Assembly: GCA_027021705.1 (NCBI GenBank)
Contig: JALUTT010000142.1
Coordinates: forward strand, 1-25,509
Direction of reading: 5' to 3'
Length of the DNA: 25,509 bases
From: Anaerolineae bacterium
GTDB lineage: Bacteria; Chloroflexota; Anaerolineae; S140-20
The translations under genes were made by a program, and so were the position numbers. This document shows positions 8,980-18,237 of this stretch, piece after piece. Within the stretch, counting starts at the first letter, position 1; each line of letters starts with the position of its first letter. Below the pieces are notes generated by a model, which worked only from the letters and a program-made list of their open reading frames with translations, made no database searches and was not told the origin of the DNA.

Positions 8980-10140
8980 TCAATCCTGCGGCGTCGCCGT
9001 TGCCTCTGCTTCTGCCTCCTGGCAGAGGCGGATCCCCTCCTGGGCGTTGACCTCGTCGGGATCCCGGGCCAGCACCTGCTGGAAGAGGGGGATCGCCCGC
9101 TCGCACCGGTCCAGGTAGTAGTAGCAGAGCCCCAGCGTGTAGTAGTACTCCAGCTTCTCCCCCCCCTCGGCCAAAGCCCGCTCCAGGGCCGGGATGGCAT
9201 CCTCGTAGTTGCGCCGTCGGTAGTAGGTGATCCCCAGCCGGCCCCAGCCCTGGGCGTAGCGGGGATCCACCTCCACCGCTTTCTTTAGGTAGATCTGGGC
9301 CTGCTCAAACTCCCCCATCCCGAAGTAGGTCCAGCCCACCTCATCGTACCCCTCGGCGCTGTTCGGGTCCAGCTCGGCGGCCCGCTTGAAGCTGGCGATG
9401 GCCTCATCGAACTGCCCCAGGACCCGGTAGTTCCGGCCCAAGGCCATGTAGATGTAGGCCAGGTTGGGATGAATGGCTAGGGCCTGTTGATAGGCTTTGA
9501 TCGCCTGGCTGTAGTTGCCCTGGCTCTCCAGCGCGTAGGCGCGGTTCCGGTGGACGTCCACGCTCTGGGGGTCCAACTCCAGGGCCGTCTGGAGCTCCTC
9601 GTAGACATCATCCCACCCGACGCCGAAGCTGCCGCTCAGGATGTAGTCGGTGTAAGCTTCGGCCAGGTAGGCGTGGGCTTCGGCGTAGCGGGGGTTGAGG
9701 GCGATGGCCTCCTTGCAGGCGGCGATGGCCTCGTCCACGGCCCCGTTCCAGTCCAGGGCCATGCAGAGGATCGCCCGGGCCTCGGCGCTCTCGGGGTCCG
9801 CGTCCACCGCCCGACGGGCCATCGTCAGCCCCTCTTCCAGCTCTCCATCCAGGATGAGCAGCCGGGCCAGGGGAACCATGACGGCGGGGTCGTTGGGGGT
9901 CAGGCGGAGAGCCTGCCGGTAGTTGGCGATGGCCTCCTGAAAATCGCCGCGCCGATAGGCGGCCACCGCGTCGAGGATGTACGAGGGGGCACCCCGGGTG
10001 GGCGTCGGGGTGGGCTGGAAGGGCTCCTGGAAGGTCTCCCGCTGACGGAGCACGTAGAGCCCCGCCGCGATGAGGATGAGGAGCACCAGGATCCGTTTGG
10101 GTGACGACCGGCGTCGCTTGGGGGGAGGTCCTAGGTACAT
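8980..10140 (-). CDS. Membrane-anchored tetratricopeptide repeat protein
   Basis: N-terminal basic stretch and TM helix, multiple TPR units (A...Y..AL...P). Confidence 0.9.
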   Translation of the reverse strand: MYLGPPPKRRRSSPKRILVLLILIAAGLYVLRQRETFQEPFQPTPTPTRGAPSYILDAVAAYRRGDFQEAIANYRQALRLTPNDPAVMVPLARLLILDGELEEGLTMARRAVDADPESAEARAILCMALDWNGAVDEAIAACKEAIALNPRYAEAHAYLAEAYTDYILSGSFGVGWDDVYEELQTALELDPQSVDVHRNRAYALESQGNYSQAIKAYQQALAIHPNLAYIYMALGRNYRVLGQFDEAIASFKRAAELDPNSAEGYDEVGWTYFGMGEFEQAQIYLKKAVEVDPRYAQGWGRLGITYYRRRNYEDAIPALERALAEGGEKLEYYYTLGLCYYYLDRCERAIPLFQQVLARDPDEVNAQEGIRLCQEAEAEATATPQD

Positions 10141-10164
10141 TGCACGCTCTCCCGTCCGGCCGCT

Positions 10165-10193
10165 ATGATAACACGTTCATCCAGGCCCGTCAA
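10165..10193 (-). promoter_or_regulatory. Sigma70 promoter for TPR gene
   Basis: Minus strand TTGACG - 17 bp - TATCAT with extended -10 TG. Confidence 0.72.
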
Positions 10194-10205
10194 GATGGCA
10201 GAGAC

Positions 10206-10360
10206 CGGTGATTACCCATATCTTTGGAGATAGGGAGACGGGCCGTCCACGAAGGGGGCACGAATACACGAATTAAGGACCGCCTCCTTCGTGCATTTGT
10301 GAGAAATTCGTGGACGGCCTGCTGCGGACCACTCTCGCGCTCACTTGTGGGTAATCACCG
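10206..10360 (-). mobile_element. MITE family 1, copy B (155 bp, inverted)
   Basis: Perfect 13-bp TIR CGGTGATTACCCA / TGGGTAATCACCG; reverse complement of copy A. Confidence 0.88.
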
Positions 10361-10406
10361 CGACGGAGAAGAGAGGATTGGGATGCCGTGAGCGGTCTGA
10401 GACCGC

Positions 10407-11129
10407 TCACCTGCTCCCGCGTCGGAGGCTCCCCCACCCCAAGGCGAGGCCGGCCAGGAGCATGGCCAGGCCTAGAAGCTGATCCAGCCGCCACCCCCCC
10501 AGGGCGGGCATCGGGTCGCCCCGCCAGCCCCCCAAGATAAGGAAAAGCCCACCCGTTCCCACCAGGTAGAGGGCGAAGCGGCGTCCGGGGCGCTCCGAGG
10601 TCCACCAGAGCAGGAGGGCCAGGAGCCCATTGCCGCCGGCCGCCAGCCGCTGGACGGCGACCCGGGGCTCCTGCAGGCCGTAGAGATCGGGCAGGTCGGC
10701 GCTGAGCCGCCAGAGGAGACCATCGGCGGGATAAACGGGACGTCCCCAGGCGCAGCCCGCCCCATCGCAGGCCAGCCAGGCCAGGCCGCTCCCCAGGGCC
10801 AGGGGGACGGCCAGTAGGTCCAGGATGGGCAGCCAGCGCGTGCGGTGGAGGGCACAGACCGGCCCGGTGGCCAGCAACCCCACCAGAAGGCCGATCTGGC
10901 CGTTCAGCCCCCCCTGCCAGAGGCGGATCGCCTCGCCCAGGTGGTCGCGGAAGTAGGCCCAGTTGAGGGCCACGTAGCCAGCCCGCGCCCCCAAGAGGCC
11001 CGCCAGGATCCCTCCCAGCACCAGGTCCAGCAGGAGGGCCAATGGGAGGCCGCGCCGACGCCCCATCAGGTAGAAGAGCAGCGCCCCTCCCACCAGCGCC
11101 CCGTTGAGCCAGGTCCGGTAAGCAAGCAT
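10407..11129 (-). CDS. Prolipoprotein diacylglyceryl transferase (Lgt)-like membrane protein, divergent
   Basis: GARAGYV...NW.YF, LWQGGL, LD...PLALG, GC.WG.P pattern and multiple TM helices match the Lgt layout; the ORF-track extension to 11192 runs into a MITE. Confidence 0.75.
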   Translation of the reverse strand: MLAYRTWLNGALVGGALLFYLMGRRRGLPLALLLDLVLGGILAGLLGARAGYVALNWAYFRDHLGEAIRLWQGGLNGQIGLLVGLLATGPVCALHRTRWLPILDLLAVPLALGSGLAWLACDGAGCAWGRPVYPADGLLWRLSADLPDLYGLQEPRVAVQRLAAGGNGLLALLLWWTSERPGRRFALYLVGTGGLFLILGGWRGDPMPALGGWRLDQLLGLAMLLAGLALGWGSLRRGSR

Positions 11130-11135
11130 GCCCCT

Positions 11136-11163
11136 ATTGTATGCGCTTCTGGGGAAAAGACAA
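11136..11163 (-). promoter_or_regulatory. Promoter for lgt-like gene, probably leaderless
   Basis: Minus strand TTGTCT - 16 bp - TACAAT, then only 6 nt to ATG 11129. Confidence 0.55.
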
Positions 11164-11176
11164 GCGCGAAGGGCAG

Positions 11177-11331
11177 CGGTGATTACCCACAAGTGAGCGA
11201 GAGAGTGGTCCGTAGCGGGCCGTCCGCGAATTTCTCACCAATGCACGAATGAGGCGGTCCTTAATTCGTGTGTTCGCGCCCCATTCGTGGACAGCTAGTC
11301 TCCCCATCTCCAAAGATATGGGTAATTACCG
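11177..11331 (+). mobile_element. MITE family 1, copy C (155 bp)
   Basis: TIR CGGTGATTACCCA / TGGGTAATTACCG; flanking 11-bp direct repeat GCGAAGGGCAG / GAGAAAGGCAG (9/11). Confidence 0.88.
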
Positions 11332-11366
11332 GAGAAAGGCAGCCCACAACACGCCCCATGTCTCCA

Positions 11367-11395
11367 TTGCCTTTTTGCCAGGAACGCCGTATAAT
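11367..11395 (+). promoter_or_regulatory. Sigma70 promoter for first two-component system
   Basis: TTGCCT - 17 bp - TATAAT. Confidence 0.7.
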
Positions 11396-11430
11396 CCCCA
11401 AAGCCGGGTTTGAGGTAAAGGGAGAGGATC

Positions 11431-13815
11431 GTGCAGGGCAAAGGGTTCCGCCTCCAACAGGCGATGCGCTTCCTCCAGAGCATCCAGGGGAAGCTCTTCG
11501 TTGCCTTCCTGACCGTTGTCTTGATCCCCCTCATCGGGACGGGGCTGTACGGCAATTGGATCACCAGCCGGATCATCGAAGAGCGGGTGATCGAGTCGGC
11601 CCGGAGCAACGTAGAGCAGCACGCCCAGCAGATCGCCGGCTTCCTCGACAGCGTGCGGGGCGACGTCCTCTACCTGGCTCACCTGGACAGCCTTCAGCGG
11701 CTGCTCCAGGCCCGCGCCCAGGGGGACGACGAAGGCGTCGCCTACTGGCGGACCCAACTGGCCCGTGACTTCCTGATCTTCTCCGCTGCCCGTCCCACCT
11801 ACTACCAGGTCCGCTACCTGGACGAGACCGGCCGGGAGGTCGTGCGGGTGGACTCGGACGGGCGCGTCTCCCGCATCATCCCTCAGGACAAGCTCCAGGA
11901 CAAGTCTCACCGCTACTACTTCCAGGAGACCATCCAGCGAGGCCCCGGCGAGATCTACGTCTCCCCTCTCGACCTGAACCGGGAGCACGGCCAGATCGAG
12001 GTCCCCTACCGGCCCGTGATCCGCTACGCCACACCCATCTACGTGGACAGCACCCTTCGGGGGATCGTCATCATCAACGTCTACGCTGATTACTTCCTCC
12101 GTTTCCTCTACGAGCACGGTCCTCAGAAGGGGATGCTGCTGATGGTGGATCAGGATGGGTACTACCTGGCCCACCCCGACCCAACGCGCCGTTGGGGAGG
12201 GCCGGTGGACCTAAACACCGGGTACGGTCTCTGGACCGACTACCCTGACGCCGCCTTCCAGATCCTCTCCGGCCAGGAGGGGACCTACATCAGCGGGGAC
12301 CAGGCCATCGTCTACACCCCCCTCTACCCGGTTGCCGTCGAGCGGGACCGGTTCTGGGTGATCCTCCGGGTAGAGTCCACGAGCTCCCTCTTCGCCCCCA
12401 TCCGCGCCTTCCGCGTCACGGCGGCTTCCATCCTGGCCGCCGCCATCCTCGTCGCCACGGCGATGACGATGGTGTTGGCCCGCCAGCTCACCGAACCGAT
12501 CCGGGCCCTGCAGCGGGGCGTCGAGCAGTTCGGGCAGGGGAAGCTGGACCATCCGCTGGAGGTCAAGCAGGAAGATGAGATCGGTCAGCTCACGCACGCC
12601 TTCAACCAGATGGCGGCCGCCATCCGGCGCTACGTCGTCCAACTGGAGATGCTGAACGAGGCGGGTCAACGGATCAGTTCGGGGCTGGACCGCCAGGCGA
12701 CAGTCCGGGCCATCGCCGACGCGGCACGGCAGCTCCTCCCGGCCGAATTCGTCGCCATCCTCTGCCTCGAGCAATCGGAGCCACACCGATTCCGGGTCCT
12801 GGTCGAGGTGGGGGATCGTCGGTGGGCCACCCTGCGGGAGACCCCCGCCGTTCAAGCTCTCTACCAAGAGGCCCTGAACCTAGAGATCGGCCAGTCTAGG
12901 AACCTGCAGGAGGCCGGCGGCTTCGTCTGCTGCGCCCCCCTGCGCATTGAGGCCAACCGCCGGAGCCTGATCGAGCTGTACGGTGCCGACCCGGAGCTGG
13001 GCGACCCTTGGGCCAGCAAGCTGCTCTCCACGCTGGCAGCCCACGCTTCCATCGCGTTGGAGAACGTCTCCCTCTACGAGGTGCTGGCCGAACATCGCCA
13101 GCGGCTGGCCCACCTGGTCGAGGACCTGATCAACGCCCAGGAAGAGGAACGCAAGCTCGTCGCCTACGACCTCCACGACGGCCTGATCCAGTACCTGGTG
13201 GGAGCGCGGATGCACCTGCGCAGCTTCACCGCCCTGCGGGACACCAATCCCCAGGCCGCCGAGGAGGCGCTGGAGGCGGGGATGGCTCACCTGGCTACCG
13301 CCATCAGCGAGGGGCGTCGGGTCATCGAAGGGCTGCGCCCCACACTGCTGGACGATATGGGGCTGGCAGCAGCCATCGGGGAGCTGACCCGGCAGATGGC
13401 TATGGCCGCCGGCTGGGAGGTCGAGCTCGATCTGGCAACGGCCAACCAGCAGTTCCCGCCCAGCGTGGAGATCACCGCCTTCCGCATCGTCCAGGAGGCG
13501 CTGACCAATGCCCGCAAGTACGCCCAGGCCCGGCGCGTCAAGGTCAGCCTGGCGGTGAGGGACAGCGTCCTCGAGGTGGTCGTCCAGGACTGGGGTCGGG
13601 GATTTGATCCCGAAGCGACCCGGAACCGCCAAGAGTGTATGGGCCTGGTCGGAATGCGCGAACGGGCCCACCTGGTGGGGGGACGGTGCACCATCCACAG
13701 CGAGCCGGGGAAGGGAACCCGGGTGCTCGTCCGCCTGCCCTTGCAATCGGAATCGGGGGTGATCCATGAACCACTTCTCGGAGACGAAGCCGATCCGAGT
13801 GCTGATTGCGGATGA
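11431..13815 (+). CDS. Sensor histidine kinase (Cache - HAMP - GAF - HisKA_3 - HATPase)
   Basis: Two TM helices, DKSHRYYFQE Cache motif, DEIGQL HAMP, EEERKLVAYDLHDG H-box, DWGRGF / GLVGMRER / PGKGT boxes. Confidence 0.92.
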   Translation: MQGKGFRLQQAMRFLQSIQGKLFVAFLTVVLIPLIGTGLYGNWITSRIIEERVIESARSNVEQHAQQIAGFLDSVRGDVLYLAHLDSLQRLLQARAQGDDEGVAYWRTQLARDFLIFSAARPTYYQVRYLDETGREVVRVDSDGRVSRIIPQDKLQDKSHRYYFQETIQRGPGEIYVSPLDLNREHGQIEVPYRPVIRYATPIYVDSTLRGIVIINVYADYFLRFLYEHGPQKGMLLMVDQDGYYLAHPDPTRRWGGPVDLNTGYGLWTDYPDAAFQILSGQEGTYISGDQAIVYTPLYPVAVERDRFWVILRVESTSSLFAPIRAFRVTAASILAAAILVATAMTMVLARQLTEPIRALQRGVEQFGQGKLDHPLEVKQEDEIGQLTHAFNQMAAAIRRYVVQLEMLNEAGQRISSGLDRQATVRAIADAARQLLPAEFVAILCLEQSEPHRFRVLVEVGDRRWATLRETPAVQALYQEALNLEIGQSRNLQEAGGFVCCAPLRIEANRRSLIELYGADPELGDPWASKLLSTLAAHASIALENVSLYEVLAEHRQRLAHLVEDLINAQEEERKLVAYDLHDGLIQYLVGARMHLRSFTALRDTNPQAAEEALEAGMAHLATAISEGRRVIEGLRPTLLDDMGLAAAIGELTRQMAMAAGWEVELDLATANQQFPPSVEITAFRIVQEALTNARKYAQARRVKVSLAVRDSVLEVVVQDWGRGFDPEATRNRQECMGLVGMRERAHLVGGRCTIHSEPGKGTRVLVRLPLQSESGVIHEPLLGDEADPSADCG

Positions 13816-14437
13816 TCACGGCGTCGTCCGGGAGGGGCTGCGCAGCCTCCTCAGCCGGGCCGGCCTGGAGGTCGTGGGCTCTGCGGCCACGGGCCGGGAG
13901 GCGGTGGACTTGGCCCAGCGGCTTCGGCCCGATGTCGTTCTGCTGGACATCCGTATGCCGGATATGGACGGCCTTCAGGCCCTCATCGCCATCAAAGAGA
14001 GCCTCCCAACCACCAGCGTCATCATCCTGACGACCTACACCAACCTGGAGTACCTGGCCCGGGCCGTGGCCCTGGGCGCAGCCGGCTACCTCTCGAAGGA
14101 AGTGGACCCAGACCGAATCCCCCCGGCGGTCCGGGCTGTCGTGGCCGGGGAGACCATCATTGACCGCTCCCTCCTCCAGGCCGCCCTCAGCATCCCCCTC
14201 CACCTCACCGGCGACAAACCCCAGCCCGCGATGGCACCGGCCCACAACCTGACCGAGCAGGAGGTGCGGGTCCTCCGGCTCATCGCCGAGGGGATGAGCA
14301 ACGATGCCATCGCCGAAGCCCTCTCCATCAGCCGCAACACGGTGAAGACCCACGTGCGCCACATCTTCGAGAAACTGGGGGTCTCGGACCGGACCCAGGC
14401 GGCCATCTGGGCTATGCGCCACGGCCTGGCCCGCTGA
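13766..14437 (+). CDS. NarL/LuxR family response regulator
   Basis: IADDH, LLDIRMP receiver; LTEQE...ISRNTVKTH HTH. Confidence 0.93.
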   Translation: MNHFSETKPIRVLIADDHGVVREGLRSLLSRAGLEVVGSAATGREAVDLAQRLRPDVVLLDIRMPDMDGLQALIAIKESLPTTSVIILTTYTNLEYLARAVALGAAGYLSKEVDPDRIPPAVRAVVAGETIIDRSLLQAALSIPLHLTGDKPQPAMAPAHNLTEQEVRVLRLIAEGMSNDAIAEALSISRNTVKTHVRHIFEKLGVSDRTQAAIWAMRHGLAR

Positions 14438-14470
14438 CCCCCCGCCCCCATCCTCGCCCCAACCCGAGCG

Positions 14471-14536
14471 TGTGACTTTTTTCACATTACACCGTGATAT
14501 TTATCACTATGACACCTCTTGGAAAGGCGTTACACT
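14471..14536 (+). promoter_or_regulatory. hdr-mvh promoter with two TGTGA-N6-TCACA-type operator sites
   Basis: TGTGACTTTTTTCACA (14471-14486), CGTGATATTTATCACT (14493-14508); candidate ATGACA - 16 bp - TACACT (14509-14536). Confidence 0.65.
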
Positions 14537-14593
14537 AGAGAAGGCCGGGAAAGCAGAGACTTTGGGTGATACCTTGATGCCAAGGAGGTTCCT

Positions 14594-15181
14594 ATGGCTA
14601 CTGCCACGACAACGACCCTTGCGCGGGCACCGACGTTCCTCGATGAGGTCATCGCTGCGACCCCCGGCGATCCCCATCTGGAGCTTTGCCTGCAGTGTGG
14701 CACCTGCGGGGGCTCCTGTCCTTCCGGCCCCGATATGGACCACACACCGCGCCACCTCTTCGCGCTGATCGCCGCCGGGATGAAAGATGAAGTCTTGCGC
14801 AGCAACACCCCCTGGTACTGTGTCTCCTGCTACTACTGCATGGCCCGTTGTCCTCAAGAGATCCACATCACCGATCTGATGTACACCCTCAAACGGATGG
14901 CCATCCAAGAGGGACTGTACCGGGAGTCCAGCGCCGCCGAAGCGCCCGAGTTCTCCGAGACCTTCATTGACCTGGTGGAGAACTACGGGCGCAGTTTCGA
15001 ATTGGGGCTGGCCACCCGCCACTACCTGCGCCACCACCCCCTCGGCGTGGTCAAGATGGCCCCGATGGCGCTGGACCTGCTGCGCAAGGGGAGGATGGAC
15101 CTGACCCCCCGGCGCATCAAGAAGATTGACCAGTTGAAGGCGATTCTGGCCAAGGCCAGGGAGCTAGGAGGTGCAGCATGA
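14594..15181 (+). CDS. hdrC: Heterodisulfide reductase subunit C
   Basis: CLQCGTCGGSCP and CVSCYYCMARCP 4Fe-4S motifs; RBS AGGAGG; operon position. Confidence 0.88.
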   Translation: MATATTTTLARAPTFLDEVIAATPGDPHLELCLQCGTCGGSCPSGPDMDHTPRHLFALIAAGMKDEVLRSNTPWYCVSCYYCMARCPQEIHITDLMYTLKRMAIQEGLYRESSAAEAPEFSETFIDLVENYGRSFELGLATRHYLRHHPLGVVKMAPMALDLLRKGRMDLTPRRIKKIDQLKAILAKARELGGAA

Positions 15182-16146
15182 AGTACGGCTACTATCCCGG
15201 GTGCTCCCTGGAGCGTAACGCCATCGCCTACCATAAGTCGGCGATGGCCGTTGCCGCCCCCCTGGAGATCGAGTTCGTCGAGGTCGAGGACTGGAACTGC
15301 TGTGGTGCGACGGAGTATATCACGGTGGACCTGCTGGGGGCCCACGCCCTGGTCGGGCGCAACCTGGCCCTGGCCGCTCAGCAGCCCGACAACGGCCACC
15401 AGTTGGTCGCCCCCTGCAGCGCCTGCTTCCTCAACCTGAGCAAGACCGATCGCTATATGCTGGATTCGCCGGAGTTGGCCGAGAAGGTCAACGCGGCGCT
15501 GGCTGCCGGCGGCCTCCACTACACCCCCGGCAGCGTCCGGGTGCGCCACCTGCTGGACGTCATCGTCAACGACGTGGGGTACGACGCCGTCGCCGAGAAG
15601 GTGACCAGGCCGTTGCAGGGCCTGCGGGTCGCTCCTTACTACGGCTGCCTCATCGTGCGGCCCGGATACCAGGGTGTCTTCGACGATCCTGAGTATCCCA
15701 CCTCCCTGGACAAGCTGATGCGGACCCTGGGGGCCAAGGTGGTGGACTTCCCCCTGAAGACCCACTGCTGCGGCGGCCACATGACCCAGATCAGCCAATC
15801 CACCGCCTTCGAGCTGATCCGCCGTCTGCTCAAGAACGCCGCCGACTACGACGCAGACGTGATCGTCACCCTCTGCCCCATGTGTCAGCTCAACCTGGAC
15901 GCCTACCAGGATGCGGTGAACCGGCACTTCAAGACCGACTACCACATCCCCATCCTCTACTTCACCCAGTTGATGGGGCTGGCCTTTGGCATTCCGCCGA
16001 AGGAGTTGGGCATCGGCAAGGAGTTCGTGGACGCCCGGCCCGCCCTGGCCAAGGTCGGCGCCGAAGCACCGGCGCCGGAAGCGCCCCGGCGGAAGCGACG
16101 GCCCAAGGAGGCGCTCCCTATGCCACGTATGCCGGAGGAGGAGTGA
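15178..16146 (+). CDS. hdrB: Heterodisulfide reductase subunit B
   Basis: Two CCG domains: YYPGC, WNCCGA, PCSAC, YYGC, HCCGG, CPMC. Confidence 0.92.
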   Translation: MKYGYYPGCSLERNAIAYHKSAMAVAAPLEIEFVEVEDWNCCGATEYITVDLLGAHALVGRNLALAAQQPDNGHQLVAPCSACFLNLSKTDRYMLDSPELAEKVNAALAAGGLHYTPGSVRVRHLLDVIVNDVGYDAVAEKVTRPLQGLRVAPYYGCLIVRPGYQGVFDDPEYPTSLDKLMRTLGAKVVDFPLKTHCCGGHMTQISQSTAFELIRRLLKNAADYDADVIVTLCPMCQLNLDAYQDAVNRHFKTDYHIPILYFTQLMGLAFGIPPKELGIGKEFVDARPALAKVGAEAPAPEAPRRKRRPKEALPMPRMPEEE

Positions 16147-16149
16147 GCG

Positions 16150-18171
16150 ATGAGCAAGGAACGAGTTGGCGTCTACATCTGTCACTGCGGTACGAACATC
16201 GCCGGCACGGTGGACGTGGAAGCGGTCGCCCGCTGGGCCAGTGAGCAGCCCCACGTGGCGGTGGCCCGCGACTACAAGTTCATGTGCTCCAGCCTGGGCC
16301 AGGACCTCATCGAAGAGGACATCCGCGAACTGGGCCTCACCCGCGTCGTCGTCGCCGCCTGCTCCCCCCACATGCACGAGAAGACCTTCCGCACCGCCTG
16401 TCAGCGAGCCGGCCTCAACCCCTTCCTCTTCGAGATGGCCAACATCCGCGAGCACAACTCCTGGGCCACCGACGACCGGGAGGCGGCCACCGAGAAGGCC
16501 AAGGCATTGGTCAAAGGGGCCATCGAGCGGGTCGTCCACCATCAGCCCTTGGAGCCCCTGCCCGTCCAGATCAACCCCGCCACCCTCGTCGTCGGCGGCG
16601 GCATCGCCGGCATCACCGCCGCCCTGGAGCTGGCCAACGCCGGCTACCCCGTCTACCTGGTCGAGCGGGAGCCCTCCATCGGCGGCCATATGGCCCAGTT
16701 GGACAAGACCTTCCCCACCCTCGACTGCTCCGCCTGCATCCTCACCCCCAAGATGGTCGAGGTGGGGCAGCACCCCCACATCACCCTGCTGAGCTACAGC
16801 GAGGTGGAGGAGGTGGAGGGGTACATCGGCAACTTCACCGTCACCGTGCGCAAGAAGGCCCGCCACGTCAACGAGGAGCTCTGCACCGGCTGCGGCATCT
16901 GCGAGGAGAAGTGCCCCAAGAAGGTGCTGGATGAGGTCTTCGAGGCCGGGCTGGGCTACCGCAAGGCGATCTACCGCCCCTTCCCCCAGGCGGTGCCCAA
17001 GTACCCCGTCATTGACGTAGAGAACTGCATCTACTTCCAGCGGGGGAAGTGCAAAGCGTGCCAGATCTTCTGTCCCGCCGGCGCCATAGACTTCGAGCAG
17101 GAGGACGAGATCCTGCAGATCGAGGTGGGGAACATCATCCTGGCGACGGGGTACGACCTCTTCGACCCGCGCCGGATTCCCCAGTACGGCTACGGGCGGC
17201 TGGCCAACGTCTTCACCAGCCTGGAGTTCGAGCGGATGGTGAACGCGGCGGGGCCGACGGGGGGCCGGATCGTCCTGCGGGATGGGGTGACGGAGCCCCA
17301 GAGCGTGGCCATCATCCACTGCGTGGGCTCGCGGGACAAGAATTACAACGAGTACTGCTCCAAGGTCTGCTGTATGTACTCCCTCAAGTTCGCCCACCTG
17401 GTCCACGAGCGGCTGCCCAACGCCGAGGTCTACAACTTCTACATTGACATCCGCGCCCCCGGCAAAGGGTACGAAGAGTTCTACCACCGACTCCTAGAAG
17501 AGAAGACGCACTTCATCCGGGGCCGGGTGGCCGAGGTGACCGACGCCGCACGGATGCCCGGCGAGGAGGGCAAGCTGATCGTCCAGGTCGAGGACACGCT
17601 GATCGGCAGACAGCGGCGCATCCCGGTGGATATGGTGATCCTGAGCGCGGGGCTGGAGGCGCGGCACGACTCGCGGGAGGTGGCCCAGCGCTTCGGGCTG
17701 GGATGCGACTTCAACGGCTTCTTCGTCGAGCGCCACCCGAAGCTGGACCCGGTGGCGACGATGACGGAAGGGGTCTTCGTCGCCGGGGCCTGCCAGGGGC
17801 CGAAGGACATTCCCGAGTCGGTGGCCCAGGGGGCGGCAGCGGCGGCCCGGGTGGCCAGCCTGATCAGCCAGGGGACGGTGCTGATGGAGCCGGTGCGGGC
17901 CCACATCATCGAGGAACTCTGCTCCGGCTGCCGCATCTGCAACAACCTCTGCCCCTACAACGCCATCGTCTACCACGAGGACCGGAAGGTGTCGGAGGTG
18001 GTGACGGCCCTCTGCCAGGGGTGTGGGACCTGCGTGGCGGCCTGCCCCAGCGCCGCCATCACCGGCGCCCACTTCACCAGCGAGCAGGTGATGTTCCAGA
18101 TCGAAGGCATTCTGTGGGACGTGCGCTCTCCCGACGGGCGGGAGCGGGAGCCGGAGATGGTGATGGCGTGA
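16150..18171 (+). CDS. hdrA: Heterodisulfide reductase subunit A (FAD, Fe-S)
   Basis: VGVYICHCGTNI, GGGIAG, LDKTFPTLDCSACILTP, HCVGSRD, CSKVCCMY, ferredoxin motifs. Confidence 0.95.
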   Translation: MSKERVGVYICHCGTNIAGTVDVEAVARWASEQPHVAVARDYKFMCSSLGQDLIEEDIRELGLTRVVVAACSPHMHEKTFRTACQRAGLNPFLFEMANIREHNSWATDDREAATEKAKALVKGAIERVVHHQPLEPLPVQINPATLVVGGGIAGITAALELANAGYPVYLVEREPSIGGHMAQLDKTFPTLDCSACILTPKMVEVGQHPHITLLSYSEVEEVEGYIGNFTVTVRKKARHVNEELCTGCGICEEKCPKKVLDEVFEAGLGYRKAIYRPFPQAVPKYPVIDVENCIYFQRGKCKACQIFCPAGAIDFEQEDEILQIEVGNIILATGYDLFDPRRIPQYGYGRLANVFTSLEFERMVNAAGPTGGRIVLRDGVTEPQSVAIIHCVGSRDKNYNEYCSKVCCMYSLKFAHLVHERLPNAEVYNFYIDIRAPGKGYEEFYHRLLEEKTHFIRGRVAEVTDAARMPGEEGKLIVQVEDTLIGRQRRIPVDMVILSAGLEARHDSREVAQRFGLGCDFNGFFVERHPKLDPVATMTEGVFVAGACQGPKDIPESVAQGAAAAARVASLISQGTVLMEPVRAHIIEELCSGCRICNNLCPYNAIVYHEDRKVSEVVTALCQGCGTCVAACPSAAITGAHFTSEQVMFQIEGILWDVRSPDGREREPEMVMA

Positions 18172-18237
18172 GGCGTAAACGCGACACGCGCCACGGAACA
18201 CGCACCACGCAAGCGGTCTGAATCAGGAGAGTGAACG

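Noticed and set aside
10206..11331. Composite transposon carrying the lgt-like gene between inverted MITEs B and C
   Set aside because: Copy C, and weakly copy B, has its own flanking duplication and the outer flanks do not match each other, so these are independent insertions
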